A stretch of 64,000 nt of DNA, taken from Utricularia gibba. Taxonomy: Eukaryota; Plantae; Magnoliophyta. The position numbers and the translations under genes were made by a program. Under the pieces are notes generated by a model. The model was not told where the DNA came from. It searched no databases and worked only from the letters and a program-made list of their open reading frames with translations. Location of the stretch: NCBI GenBank assembly GCA_002189035.1, contig NEEC01000015.1, positions 1,922,001 to 1,986,000 of the forward strand, in the 5' to 3' direction. Of the stretch, positions 24,175 through 41,339 are shown piece after piece (the first letter of the stretch is position 1; each line of letters starts with the position of its first letter).

Positions 24175-25129
24175 TGGGGGAACAACACCCATCACCACTG
24201 GAATAAATATGAATGGAGTTTTCCTAACGACGTTATGTTCTGAGGCGTTCCTGTCACACCCCTCGGTAGCGGTACCCGAGATGCGACACCCAAAGTTGAA
24301 CGGGGATTGATTTCTCTGCAAAACATTCACATTTCCAGCAGCGAGCAGCACATGCCAAAGCCATTCCCATGAAGAGCTTCTTCACCCAAACTACAAAATC
24401 AAACTTCACATAGACAATGGCAGTTATTCACCTAGAAATTCAACCACACCATATGCTAATGGAACAAGGTGCACCCAATGTGACATGTGCTTTGTGTAAC
24501 AAGGCATGCATAATATGACTGCTTTTTTTTCCTAGTAAATGAAAAATAATATAAAGTTGGAATTTACTTTTTCTGTGCATTCAATCATGTAGGTGATGGA
24601 TGTGTCATGTGTGTGATGGTATGCAGAGGAATGAATAATGTATTTTGACCACATTGTGCAAGACACCCAACATGCACAATAATAAAAGACAGGTAATTTT
24701 TGAACATATGTTCACTTTTTCAAGAGTAAAAATTATTCTTCTTAAAACATAATTTATTATTATTTTTTTATTAAAAAAATCATCTTATTTGTAGATCTAT
24801 TTTTAGTTTTATAAATATTATCTTAAAATAGTTTTACTGAATATATTTTTTATTTTTTCTTTAAAAAAAAATGAGGTGTAAATATTTTCTAGAACATACT
24901 ACGAAAAAAAAACGAAGGGGGTAGGTTAAAATTAAATAAATCAAGTATTTTTTTTCAAAAAAAAATCAATGTTTTGCTATTGAGTTCAATGAGGTGGGTC
25001 CAAGAGTGAAAAATATCATGATACTAATAATATTATAAGATTTTTATATAACAAGAATCACACCACCAATCGGACGATAATAGCAAAAATCAAATGGATA
25101 ACAACGAAAATTAACAAAATAATCCATCC

Positions 25130-25250
25130 ATTAAACCTGATGGCTAACATTTCGAAAAAAATGGAGGACTTGATTGTTATTTCGACAAGATATGGGACTG
25201 AATTACTACCATTCTAAAAGATATGGACTAAGTGGCTTATAACCCTACAT
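25130..25250 (-). mobile_element. Possible solo Mutator-like TIR remnant
   Basis: Minus strand reads GGGTTATAAGCCACTTAGTCCAT...TCAGTCCCAT...TCAAGTCC with repeated AGTCC units. This resembles dicot MULE TIR architecture, but I found no partner TIR or TSD. Confidence 0.3.
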
Positions 25251-25871
25251 GTGAATAAACAAGTGTTGGGCCCACCCGGTCACGGAATCTATGAATAAGT
25301 CTATGGAATTTTGAAATTAAAGATAAGATGGATTAGTTAGTTAAAGATATGGGATGAATAAGTACATCCCAAATTTTCGACTGTGAGTTAGTTGGGAAGA
25401 GGTGAGAGTGCCTAGGCGCTCATCCACGAACTCTTCATCCTTACTCGCGGATGAAAATGCGCTAGTAAGTTGAATTTTACAGAGAATGTTCCCTGTGAAA
25501 TGTCAGGATGGAAAGCTCCTTGATATGCAAGGGGTCTCTACGATCCTGTCAGCTCCAGAGATAAGCATCCCTAAGACGCCTCCAAGGAGAAGCATACGAC
25601 ATTCACATGAACAAAACCAAAATAAGTTCTGACATTCTGCACAGAGGCATTTCCACCATGTTTCTAATTTTTAAGTTATGGGGTAGAGCTATTAAGTACT
25701 CTAGAGAAGGGAAATGGAAGTAGTTTGTCTCAGCACTAACCTCACTTGGAAAATTTGAATGTTTTCCGAAACCCTTTATTGCTACTAAGGAAACTTAACT
25801 CTTCACCATGCACAGAGGAATGCCGAAGGAAATGGGAGAATTTCTAGGCATCCCATTAGCTTCTAACTTAC

Positions 25872-26627
25872 AGTTGTGAAGCTGAAGGCAGCGTTCTCGA
25901 ACTCCGGCGGAACAATGTCTTTCATCGGTAAGTTCGTGCTGTTTATTAGGGTAGCAGAGAATTAAAGCGCTCTGGGATGTTCCTAACCAAAAATGAAGAA
26001 ATGTGAGATGTACCTGGAAAGGTTGTCGCCGATGACGTTACTGATTGACCTCAAATCGTAGTCCTCGTACGACAAAACATCTTGAATCAACTTGAAATCA
26101 CCATTCGAGGGTTTCTGATGGATGATGTCGTAGTGATCATGAGAGTGTCCCCATAAGTCCATCCGCAGCGGCATTTCTAGTTCCATTTCTTTTATCCCTT
26201 TTCTTTCTTGTTCTCTGAACATTCTCAACAGCATGTAGATGTACTCAAGCTCTTTCGAGGCGTACTCCAGTTCCCTCCTGAGATGAAGGATGACGATCCA
26301 ACAGCCGTGAACCGGGTTCCTCCGCCGCATTTCGGATTCGTAGATGATGGTGGCCATGGCGGTATCCCTATCACGAGCGTTTTTCAAGTTCCTGAGTATC
26401 TTGGTCGCATTGGAAACCCCGAAAAGACGATGCACGCTTTGGAATTTTTTGTATTCTTTGGCTGGGAAATAGGGAGCCAATACACAAGACGCCGTGCACT
26501 TTCTCCGCTGGTGCTTGCAAGCGGCGCACGCCTGATACGGCATGGGAGTGGAGGAGTGCCGAGGTGGCAAGACCTCGTAACAAAGAAATTTGCTTTCCCT
26601 GGGGAGGTTACTATTATTTAAAACCAT
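25872..26627 (-). CDS. LOB-domain protein (LBD22/27-like); 3' exons beyond 25872 unresolved
   Basis: QACAACKHQRRKCTASCVLAPYFP (CX2CX6CX3C), VHRLFGVSN and NPVHGC motifs; second exon 25938-25872 splices in frame. Start at ATG 26627 or 26543. Confidence 0.8.
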
Positions 26628-27251
26628 CTGGGTGACTGACTGACTGACACGTGGAGGTAAGATGGTGGGATCGTTACTGATACGACCAAGTCAGAAAACG
26701 TGATCTCGGTAGTTTTGTTGAGGGAGACGCTGATTTAAAAATTATTTTTATAATTCCGGCACGGGAGGCATTTCATAAAATGGGGAAGTAGAGGGGTACA
26801 ACTGCAAAAACATAAAAATACGGAGAGAGAATGTAACAAACAGTGTCTGAAGAGTGAAGAGGGAGAGTAATGGGTTGCTGCTCCGCCTGCATCAAACAAA
26901 GCTTATGTCGAGACACTATTCCATCCAGCATTTCTAACTCAGCAGCGCAATGGCCTGTCGCATTTGTTTATGGGAGTCTTGGGTAGCTAACAGTAAGCAT
27001 TTGAGGGTTAAATCTTTGAGCTGGTAAATGAATCCTACCTGCTTCTCCTGCAGGCCCAGCTGAGTAATTTTGGGATTTGCATGACTGAACTGAGGAATCA
27101 TACATTGCTGTAATATGGTTTTTGGTACCTAGTGATCAGGCAATTAGAAGCTTGCAGTAGTTGATAGTTGACAGGGAAAAGGAATACCAGAAGGAAATAA
27201 GGGAACTACATTTAGGAGGGCGTTGTTACTCTGTAGGTGTTTATTTATCTG

Positions 27252-29746
<2,495 letters not shown>

Positions 29747-30143
29747 CTCCGACTATCGCCTCGCCATTCCTTTCAGGCTTTCAGCGCAACACGGCGAATA
29801 AAACAACAACAATATAATAATAATAATAATTTCCAGCTTTTTCCCTTAATTTTCATTCCTAAAATGATTATATTTGAAATCAATTGAATTTCTTCCAATA
29901 AAATACAATCAACTGCAAATATGTCGTAATCATCAATCTTGCTTGCATCTGACGCCAAGATCATTTTTTTCTATTGAAATCCTCGAAGCCGCCACAGGCA
30001 GCCGTCGCTCGCTCCTTGGTTCCGCTCGTCTCACCCAACTTTTGCAGGTAGCTTCGATATGTCATTCCATTTTAATTTCTTTGCCTTCCCCTTTTCTTGG
30101 ATCTGCGATCGTTATGTGCTGGGGTTTCTGCTGTCTGTGTTTT

Positions 30144-30167
30144 TGTGTGTGTGTGTGTGTGTGTGTG
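30144..30167. repeat. (TG)12 microsatellite in the UBC 5'UTR intron
   Basis: Direct reading of the sequence. Confidence 0.9.
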
Positions 30168-30303
30168 ATCTCACTGCATGATTACGTACTTGTAGGTTCT
30201 CGTCTATTATTATTTTACGATCATGTGCTGATTAAAAAAATCAATGCATCGGCGTCGTTTTAAAAATACAAGGTGTGGTTTTTAGCTTTTGTAGGTTGTA
30301 AAG

Positions 30304-31549
30304 ATGTCAACTCCGGCTAGGAAGAGATTGATGAGGGACTTCAAGCGGTTACAGCAGGACCCTCCGGCGGGGATTAGTGGCGCCCCATATGATAGTAATA
30401 TTATGCTATGGAACGCTGTTATATTTGGGTATGATATGCTGCTGATGAAAAGTGTAATTGTTATTTCTTTGATGAGATATTCATCATTTGCTGATTGATT
30501 GCAGGCCTGATGACACTCCGTGGGATGGAGGTGAGAAGAGTGTTGTTATAAAGTAATGAGTTTTTTATAACAAGTTGTTTAAATGCTTGCTATTGCTCTC
30601 CCCAAGTGTGCCTACTTGATGGCTGCAGGAAAGTCCTTCATTCCTTGTTCTTGTTTAGTCAGTTTATCACTGGTATGCCTCTTGTTTGCTTATAGGTACG
30701 TTTAAATTGACACTTCAGTTTAGTGAGGATTACCCAAATAAGCCTCCAACCGTGCGATTTATATCCAGGATGTTCCACCCCAACAGTAAGTAACACTTCT
30801 GAAAAAAAAGATCAAACTGTCTCTAGTTATTTGTTAACTGAAAAATTAAAAGTCTGTTTCTTTGTGCCATCTGTTGACATGTGTTGCTTATGTTTGTCTA
30901 TATAACCAGTCTATGCAGATGGAAGTATCTGCCTAGATATTTTACAAAATCAATGGAGCCCTATTTATGATGTGGCTGCTATACTTACATCCATACAGGT
31001 AACCAACCTATCAGCTGTACAATGAACCCCCTTTCACTTAATAATGAATACGCAAACAATGAAGCCTTATCAGTTGAACGAAGACCTAACTATGATCTGA
31101 TATGGCAACACCCTGAACGAAGACCTAACCATGATCTGATATGGCAACACCCTGAAATGTATTATCCTAAGAACCAGAACATCCCTCATGTGTTTGCATG
31201 AAGTGTGTGTATCTGAATGGCTTTTGAAACATAACGTAATGGCATGGAAAGTGTTCAACTTTCTATGACTGGATCTTGATCTTAATCATTGGAGACGATA
31301 TGCAACTGTAAATGTTGTAAATATCATCAGGGTTTAACTGTTTTCTACTTGGATTTTAATTTTCCTTGCGTATTTGATGATATGCTACTCATTTTTCCTC
31401 CTCTGTTATGCCTATCTCAGTCACTGCTGTGCGATCCAAATCCCAACTCACCGGCAAACTCCGAGGCAGCACAGTTGTTTAATTTGAACAAGCGCGAGTA
31501 TAATAGAAAGGTGCGTGAAATTGTGGAGCAGAGTTGGACAGCAGACTAG
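30304..31549 (+). CDS. UBC2: Ubiquitin-conjugating enzyme E2, RAD6/UBC1-2 type (5 coding exons)
   Basis: [76 protein letters not shown] and [17 protein letters not shown]. Confidence 0.95.
31075..31156. repeat. 39-bp tandem duplication (2 copies, 1 mismatch) in UBC intron 4
   Basis: TGAACGAAGACCTAAC(T/C)ATGATCTGATATGGCAACACCC at 31075 and 31114. Confidence 0.85.
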
Positions 31550-32652
31550 GCTGTTAATTGTATGCAACAAGAGAGACCGAATTCCTCATCAGGACTTCTC
31601 TCTGTTGCTGATGATGGTTCCTGCTTGTCTGAAATGTGCGATTTTTAATAGTTTCTGCGTCGGATGCTCTTTAGTATCCACAGTTGTTTCATGAATGTAT
31701 CAGTTCCTTATACCAGGGAACTTGGAAACGTATCTCAGCAGTAAACTTCTCATGAACACTCTTCCATAATGTATATAGTGTACGTACATTTATTCTGTGG
31801 TTTATGCTGTGCTGCAAGTTCCATTGAACTGAGAAAATGGTGGTATGATCCACAGTGAGCTTGAACTACTTGTTTCACGCTAAATGATAGGAGCATACCA
31901 TACCTTCTTTGTCTCCAGCATAAGCCTTCACCAGTTTCTTCCAGTTTACCGGCATTCTTCTTCAACATGTGTTTTTGGTTGAAAGTCGAACCGCCGGTCC
32001 AGGTCCCAACTTATCTGTCAAACAGGGTATGAAAAGACATTCAAGTCATGCACACAGAAACCTTTCATCAGGTTTCCTCTGCAGCTTGTGGGCCAGTAGA
32101 AACAGTGGCCATCCCAACATGCTGCAGATACAGAAGTCTCAGATGAACTGCACTGTGTTGAGTCAGATTCAGTACACTGCTTTTACTGCCATGTAAATGT
32201 TTAGACTCATTATTGACAACTTGTCATGTACTGGAGATTGAAGCAAAAAACGAGTTTGCAAAGAGTAGGCGTTGTTATCCCAACGTGTGTGTACTGTATT
32301 TACTGTGAAAATTCATACATCTCCGTCGTGACCAGAGATTGAGATGACTGCCTGTTTGTTTTCCTGATGAGGTTCCGGTGAGTTAAATGGATCTCATCGG
32401 AGAACAGTAACACCATTAAAACAAACCCTTGTTGATTAGTGAAACATCCACCCCACCCGCAAGAAAAGAAGAAAGTCAAATGTCTGTGCGAAAACTTTTC
32501 TTGAAAGGACAATAATATTGCATTGGATTCCATGGCTTCTTCGTCAAAAGTAAGATTCGTATTCGAAACACAAAGACCTGCGACTGAACATCAGCAAATC
32601 TTATAGCATCCCTCCATCAGGCACCGAACTTGGGTTCAGTTAACTTGACCAC

Positions 32653-33158
32653 TCAGATCAAGGCCCTTATTATTGCAGCCTGAGGGCTGTCTGAGTCAAC
32701 GGTGGAAAGCAGCTGGGACAGCCTCCCGCTCAGATCATCCACCTCCCGCTGCAGATTTCTTATGTACTCGCAGGTCTCCTCAAGCACCTTACTCGCCGAG
32801 CCCTGAAGGAATTCAATAATACTTAAAGATACTGTTTGTCGTTCATTCATTTTCGCTTTATATTTCTAACGACAACAACCCATTGACTTGATAAGCATCT
32901 CGCAGGCTTCAGAACGAGAATAGAATTGTTTTTTATACGACGATACTAAACCAAGTATTGCTCTATATTCCAAAAATGTGAATGAAGATCCGAAAGGGTA
33001 GACATGAATCTGGAGATCAGAGGGAGACATGGACTTGCCTTGGAAGGGGAGGGACGGGGAAGGAGCTGGTTCAGTCTGGAGACGAGTTGCAGGATGTCTT
33101 CATCCGATATTCTCACATTCCCAGCGGGATGGCGTGATGATCTTCTCCCCGACGGCAT
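32653..33158 (-). CDS. PRE: PRE/ILI-type atypical non-DNA-binding HLH protein (exons 33158-33039, 32802-32653; GC-AG intron)
   Basis: MPSGRRSSR...[19 protein letters not shown] and [31 protein letters not shown]...QAAIIRALI; 89 aa. Confidence 0.92.
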
Positions 33159-36100
33159 TTCTGTGTGTGTGCTCCTTTCAGTCGTCCCTCCCTATTTATG
33201 GACACCCAGAGAGGGAGAGAGAGAGTTTCTGCTGGTAAAAGTGAAGCAGTCATTAGCTGGGAAGCAATAAAACAATGGCGCCTAATCTAGGGTTAGAAAG
33301 TGAGAAAGAAGCCTCACCATGCCCATAAAATTTTATCAATCAAGAATTTATCTTTCCTCTACTACTAACCCTAAATAACATTTTTAAAGCCAATGTATCA
33401 AATATAATTTTTATTTAAAATACGAATAATTTAAAATAATTTACAATTCCAATAGTAGAGACGAGCTCTAAAAACAGAAATGATGTGGCCCTGAACCGAG
33501 TTGTGCATATTGTATTCCCGAAATAGGACAGTATATTATTCGTAGTGTAATTACTGTCCTGTCCTCCTGAAAAACCCATATTAAAAAAAAAAAAGGAAAG
33601 TAAGGTCATCCGTGTAATAAAAAAAAGTGGGTACCAAGACAACAGTGCAGTAACCTCGGGTGGGCCCCGGCGTGCGTGACTCCATTCGCAAGAGCATGTG
33701 ATCCACTTGTGTTCATGGCCTTCCCGGTCCACTCAACTTGCCTTTAAAAACCCAATAGCTGATGTGGAATTAGAACTTTTCGTTTATTGAAATATAATAT
33801 AATTTTATATCGAATTCGTTATTATGTAATTCAAAAATTAAAGAAATAAAATTAAAAATGAGTAATTGAATACAAAAAGTATTTATGTTAATTTCCAAAT
33901 AAGAATTGATTTTATAAATAAAAAAATCAAAATTTAAAATTATTTATCGAAAAATTGATTTTGAAAGAGTAGGGTAATCGTTCAGCCCCATCCCATCCAT
34001 GTGAAAATGTTGCCTAGATTCTCTTGGACAACCGTAAAACGGAAACTCCTCATTATATTATTTTGGACATTAAAATAATACTCTTCCATAAATGCCCTCT
34101 TTTGTGCGTGCACGTTTCACCCATTTATTTTATGATTCGAGGATGTCATTTTTATATTTTTAATAAACATAAAATATTGACATCTGTAGATACATGTAAT
34201 ACGGGTGATATGAATTATAACATAATGAGATAAATATTCATCCCTTTATATATATATATATATGTAAAAGATAATCAATTATTTAATGATTCTATTTTAA
34301 GTATGCGTGTCTCATAAAAAAAACCATAAATAACATAATTCATAAATGGAAGGGTCCACGTGAGTTGGGCTGGTACGGATGGTGATTAGCTCAAAAGCAA
34401 ATCGCTCAATAAACTATCTTAGCCCATCCTGGTGGGGTTGGATTGGCCTCTACCAACCAAACAAACCAATAAATAATAATAATTATTATTTTTTTTCATA
34501 TTTTCACTAGTAATCTTTTACTGATCCCTAGTAAGACGTTTAATAATATATTTAAAATTTGGATATATTATATAATTTAATAAAATCATCTCACCTCCTG
34601 TTTTATCCAAGGCCAAGTATTGGCTAGAATTTACTATCAAACATATATTTTAAAAGTAACAAAATAATTAATTAAAGGGTGGGTGCTACCAAATAGAGTT
34701 TTAAAGAGTGAATATGAAGAATAATAGAGACACTTGCCACGTGAAGAGGTGCATGGGCCATGCAAGTGGCATCTCGGACGGACACTTGGGGAAGCTTATG
34801 TTTTGAAGCTTGGGAAAACATGACCGGATGCCCCTTCTCGTTTGTCGGTTGGTCAGGTACCATGTTGTTGATTACATAGAGATGAGTTGATAGAATCCCA
34901 CTTTCCAATTTAAAAGTATGTTACAGACTATCAACGTCACCAGACATGTGACTCACACAAGGTTCCCAACCCAAACATGCTCACAAATCAACTTAGGAGT
35001 CTATTTGGTACAACTTCTTATTTACTAGAAGCATTTCAAGATGTAATTTTCAGATAAAACACGTGCTGCTTCTAATTTACATGAAACTGAAATAATGAAG
35101 TGTTTCGATTTTTTTAGAAGCTAGGGTACCTCTGTTCCAAACAAAATTGAAGCGTTTCTAGAATCATTTCTTTGAATTTATTTTTTTAAGCGATACCAAA
35201 CATATCTTTAATACATGTTTTATATACTTTCTTATCAAATAAATTTTATTTATGTTTAAAAAATAAATTGTTTACAAAATAATACTTCATACCATTTCTC
35301 TTTTTACTTCTCAATCTTCTTTTCCTTTTCTTTATTTCTTTAAGAAATGAGAAGTAACGTCATCATTAATTTTCATTCTTTTTCTTTTAAACAATTTCTC
35401 ATTGTAAAGAAAATATAATTTATTACAAGAATTCATGCCGAACAAGTCCTTAATGTTACCATGAGATGTTAATATTCATTCTCTTTTTGTAATATTGTTA
35501 ACTTTGCATACTCGAAATTTCAAGATCTTATATTTTGATCACGTGTTTCAATTTAACTTGAATATCTAATATCACAATTCAAGTTGTCTTTTTTCTGCAT
35601 CATATTATCAGTTTACAAAATCTGATATAATATTTTTCCGATTTAATCAAACTATTTGATATAAATTACTGTAACATCTGTATTTAAAAGCATATTTAGC
35701 CCATACAGTGTACCAGACAGTCTCGAGTTGGCCCTTGCAGTGGGGAGTTTTCATACCCGCCAAAGATGGATGGCCCGACATGTTTGCAACGCCCACCATG
35801 ATAGATACCACGGCATGGCATGGCTTCGTCGCCCACCGAGGGAATGCCTGTCTGAAACTAGAAACAAAGCTGGCCTGCCATAAAAAAAGCTTATAATCGA
35901 TCAAAACAACATGAGAAATACCCAACTTAACCTCAAAAACCAATAAAACGGACCATCTTCACCAAAGAGAGAAAAGGGTTCAAACGTCTTTTCCTAACTC
36001 ATCACTTGAGAACAATGATGAGTAGATCTGGATCTGGAACGAGAAATGATGGGAGCCTTTCTATGGGCATCTCCATTGCTGGGCGCCCAAATCCGACGTG

Positions 36101-36681
36101 GCACTTGGTTCAGTTTTATCCACGACCTTCGTTAATATTGCAGTCTTAAAAATTCGGATAAAAACTGTTTTTACCATTTCTATTTATATGGGTAAAGATC
36201 TATTTTTTGTTTTCAAAACCTAACTTTTTAACACTCCCCTTCCGCTGCTTTATAAAAATACACAAATATTAAGTCCTAAAAAAATCAAATATCGGGATAG
36301 AAATATGAAAGTTGATGAAATGAGAATGTGTTGAATTATTTTTCAATTCACAATCTCTCTTTTTTTTTCATTAATAGAAAATTGAATAATTTATATAATA
36401 AAAAATTGAAATGTTTTGGGCGGGAACATGATGACACATGAATTGGAGGGTGTTTGGCCCATTTAAGAGGCCCAATTTGGGGAGTCCGGCTCGGCCGGCA
36501 TCCCTGGCCCAGCCCGTCTATCGAGAAACAAATTCAAATTTCAAATTAATTTGCGTCTTGAAACTGCAGCGGCAACGCCTTGGCTTTCTGCTGTATTTAT
36601 AACCCCTCCGTAAAACTGCATCCATACATACGTTCAAAACAGTTTAGCGCATCGTAGATTCTTCAGAGAAAATTTGCGAAA

Positions 36682-38512
<1,831 letters not shown>

Positions 38513-39417
38513 AGCGGTACGTTGGTGCTGTCTGTAAGGAACTCCCGTCATTTTGCTCCTGTTATTCGGTGCACTGTTTTCCTTTTGTCGATTTGTAGAA
38601 GATGTCGTCTACTCCTTTTTCTGTATCTGCGTTTCTTTAGAGCGTGAGACAACAGGCTTTGAAGCCCATTTCTCAGTTCTTTTCATCACCATGGTTCTGG
38701 TACACCCCCCCACACACACACACAAGTGATGCGATGAAATGAGAACATACAAGGGGCGTTTGATATTAGCACGTGGAACACATGGCAACTTCCACGTTCC
38801 CCCGAACTGCCGTGTCGTGTCCGGTGGCCTAACTTCATTGTTTGTAATAGAATACATGGAGCGAAATTTGAAGCGGAAAGCGTGCGCGGGTTTGAATACC
38901 GTGGCTTCTCATCCCTGGGTTTTCCAACCGGAAAAAGGGTAAGCAGCAATGATGGCCCCTCGTGCCCTAACATGTGCCGACTCTCCCTCGCATCCCCAAC
39001 TCACAATAAATGCCCATTCTACCCCTAGCCCCCTCAACATCATCAACAACTGCGCGAGACTACTAAAACACTGATTTTATGGAAAATAGAATGTTCTTAA
39101 GTGGTATGTTAATTCTTGAGGGTGTAGTGCTACGGCTGCTACTAATGGAATGGAATGGAGGATTTGGGGGTGTGATTATGCATTGGATTCCGCGAGGAGT
39201 AAACGAGAGGCGTGTCGGCAAGTACAGAGGCAGATGGGTGGAGTTCCATGATAACAATAATTAGGTATTTATGAAACACAACCAGAGCCGCTGAGGATAA
39301 GCGAGGAATGACATAGCAAGATTCGATTTTTAGCCGAAATGATTAGCGGGGTTCGTCCGACGGCTACACATGCGGAGGAATTGGGGAAAAAGATTCTTCA
39401 CTTGGGTTGAATTTTGA

Positions 39418-40302
39418 TCACCATGGGGAGGACCCGTTGGTCTGAGATCTGCTGGTGTTGGTGTCCACATGATTTTGAGCGTTGTCGTTGCTGTCGCCGC
39501 GGGTGGCGGAGGAGAGCGGAGTGGTGGTGGCGGAGGATGAATTTAGGAGAAGATTTTGATCCCTTTTGGCGAAGGCGTGCTTGTTGTTGTGCATCCAGAC
39601 CTTGAAAACTGATTTGTCGACACCGATTTCTCTGCAGAATTCATTTATTGTGTCCGCTTCGCTCTTCTGCATTTTCCATTCTATTTTGTCAGCCAGCTCC
39701 AGCATTTTCTCCTTCTGATTCTGGGTGAATTTCGTGCGGAACCGCTTCCGGGAGAGCGAACCGTCGGAACCACCGGGGAGCAGGGGCATGTGGGGTGCGG
39801 AGGGGAAGTAAGTGGATGAGATCGGCGGCGGCGACGGGGAGTTATTTGGACTACTGACCATCTGGGGCGGCGGCGGCGGTGGGTGGTGACGGTGGTTCGG
39901 CCGGTACTCGAGCGCCAGCATGGCCGCCGGAGGCGCGTGCGGGTCATCATTCTCACGGCGGTGGAAGTTCCGGTGGCAACCGCAGGCGGCGCATTTGAGC
40001 GAAGTTGGATCCGATGGGTTCACCGCCGGCGAGGGCATGAACTCGCCGCAGCCGTCGACGGCGTGACCTCCAAGCGCCGCCGCATGGTTCTTCAGACATT
40101 CCCTGTACCTAATGACAACCGGGTGGTGGCTGAGGTTGTGGTACGCCGGCGCCTGTATCCTCATCCCCCCGTTTCTGCACGGCGACTGGATCCCCGCTGT
40201 CGGAGTCTCCACCTCCGCAACTGTAGCTTGCACTGTCGAACTGCTCTCAATCTCATTAACAAAATTGAAACTTTTCACACTCGCCCCAAAATCTCTTGCC
40301 AT
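39418..40302 (-). CDS. Zinc-finger homeodomain (ZF-HD) protein, ZHD8-11-like (intronless)
   Basis: [26 protein letters not shown]...[20 protein letters not shown]; [16 protein letters not shown]...[10 protein letters not shown]. Confidence 0.92.
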   Translation of the reverse strand: MARDFGASVKSFNFVNEIESSSTVQATVAEVETPTAGIQSPCRNGGMRIQAPAYHNLSHHPVVIRYRECLKNHAAALGGHAVDGCGEFMPSPAVNPSDPTSLKCAACGCHRNFHRRENDDPHAPPAAMLALEYRPNHRHHPPPPPPQMVSSPNNSPSPPPISSTYFPSAPHMPLLPGGSDGSLSRKRFRTKFTQNQKEKMLELADKIEWKMQKSEADTINEFCREIGVDKSVFKVWMHNNKHAFAKRDQNLLLNSSSATTTPLSSATRGDSNDNAQNHVDTNTSRSQTNGSSPW

Positions 40303-41339
40303 CCCTTAGAAATTAGGGTTCTTTCTTTAAAGGGAGCCTCAGCCTTGAGACACAAAGATAGAGAGAAGGTGGAAGAAGATGATGAGGGTGATAATGAGAA
40401 CAGAAATCTTCATTGTCATGTGGTCTTGCTTCTTAATTATTAATATTATTTAATAATTCAATTCCCAGAATATAAAAGTATACTCTTATCTCATTAAATG
40501 GAGGAAAAAGGGCTGCCATGTCCCTTTACTCTATCAATCCCTTGTACTAAAGAATAAAGTTGTTGGAATTTAAAATCACAACCCCCTCATAAAATTATTA
40601 TTTTTAAATAAACCCCTCTTTGGGGAAACTAGAAGAATATATGTAAATATTACTTTTCCCAGGGCAAGCAAGTATAAAAGTTACTTTTAGGGGGTGAAAA
40701 TATTAATTTTGTATGTCTTTCTACAATTGCACTGCGGCCTCTATATTTATGTTTTTCACTAATTCTATCTCTCTAAGCAATCAGGGGAGCGAAAATACAA
40801 ATATAACAGGCCCCCTATAAAAAGGGAAATACCAAATTCGCCTCTGAGGTTTGTGAATGTTGACGCGAGCCCGGTAAATGGCTAAAATTCCCCATAGCTA
40901 ACCTTGAAAGCACTTTTGTGAGTTTCTGAATGCCTCGGAAGAAAATGAAATCGTGGGGTTTTGGGGGACTAGATTTAGGGTTCTTCTTCTATTTTTATGG
41001 TTGAGTTTAGGGTATCTGTTGCTACAATCACAAGCTGGGCCTTGCTTCTGAAGAGAAGGGTGTGACTGAGGATCGACGAAATGCAGTTCAAATCAGGGAG
41101 TTGGGCAAAAGAATGCCTATTCTTTGGCGTTTAAGCAGTCCAGTTTTTAGGCGTATTGTTGTTTGCCCAGTGAGTGATATGGCCTTCATGATACAGCAAT
41201 TTCAAAACTCAGCAAGTCTGGCCTGTTACTCGTGCGACCCTCCTGATGGCCGGTGCCCTGGTTATTCTCCTGGTAGGGGAGTTGGCAAAACCACCGAAAA
41301 TGCCATTTTGCAGGGTCACGGAAGGGATAAGGCCTCAAG

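Noticed and set aside
34993-35455. Possible Tourist/PIF MITE ends (TTA-GGAGTCTATTTGG ... CCAAACATATCT-TTA; CCGAACAAGTCC-TTA)
   Set aside because: TIR identity is too low (about 9/14) to support a call without a repeat library.
39883-40443. Long alternative ORFs such as 39883-40443 (+), 44235-44759 (-), 26208-26621 (+) and 62989-63474 (+)
   Set aside because: Antisense shadows of real genes (ZF-HD, NAC, LBD, hydrolase).
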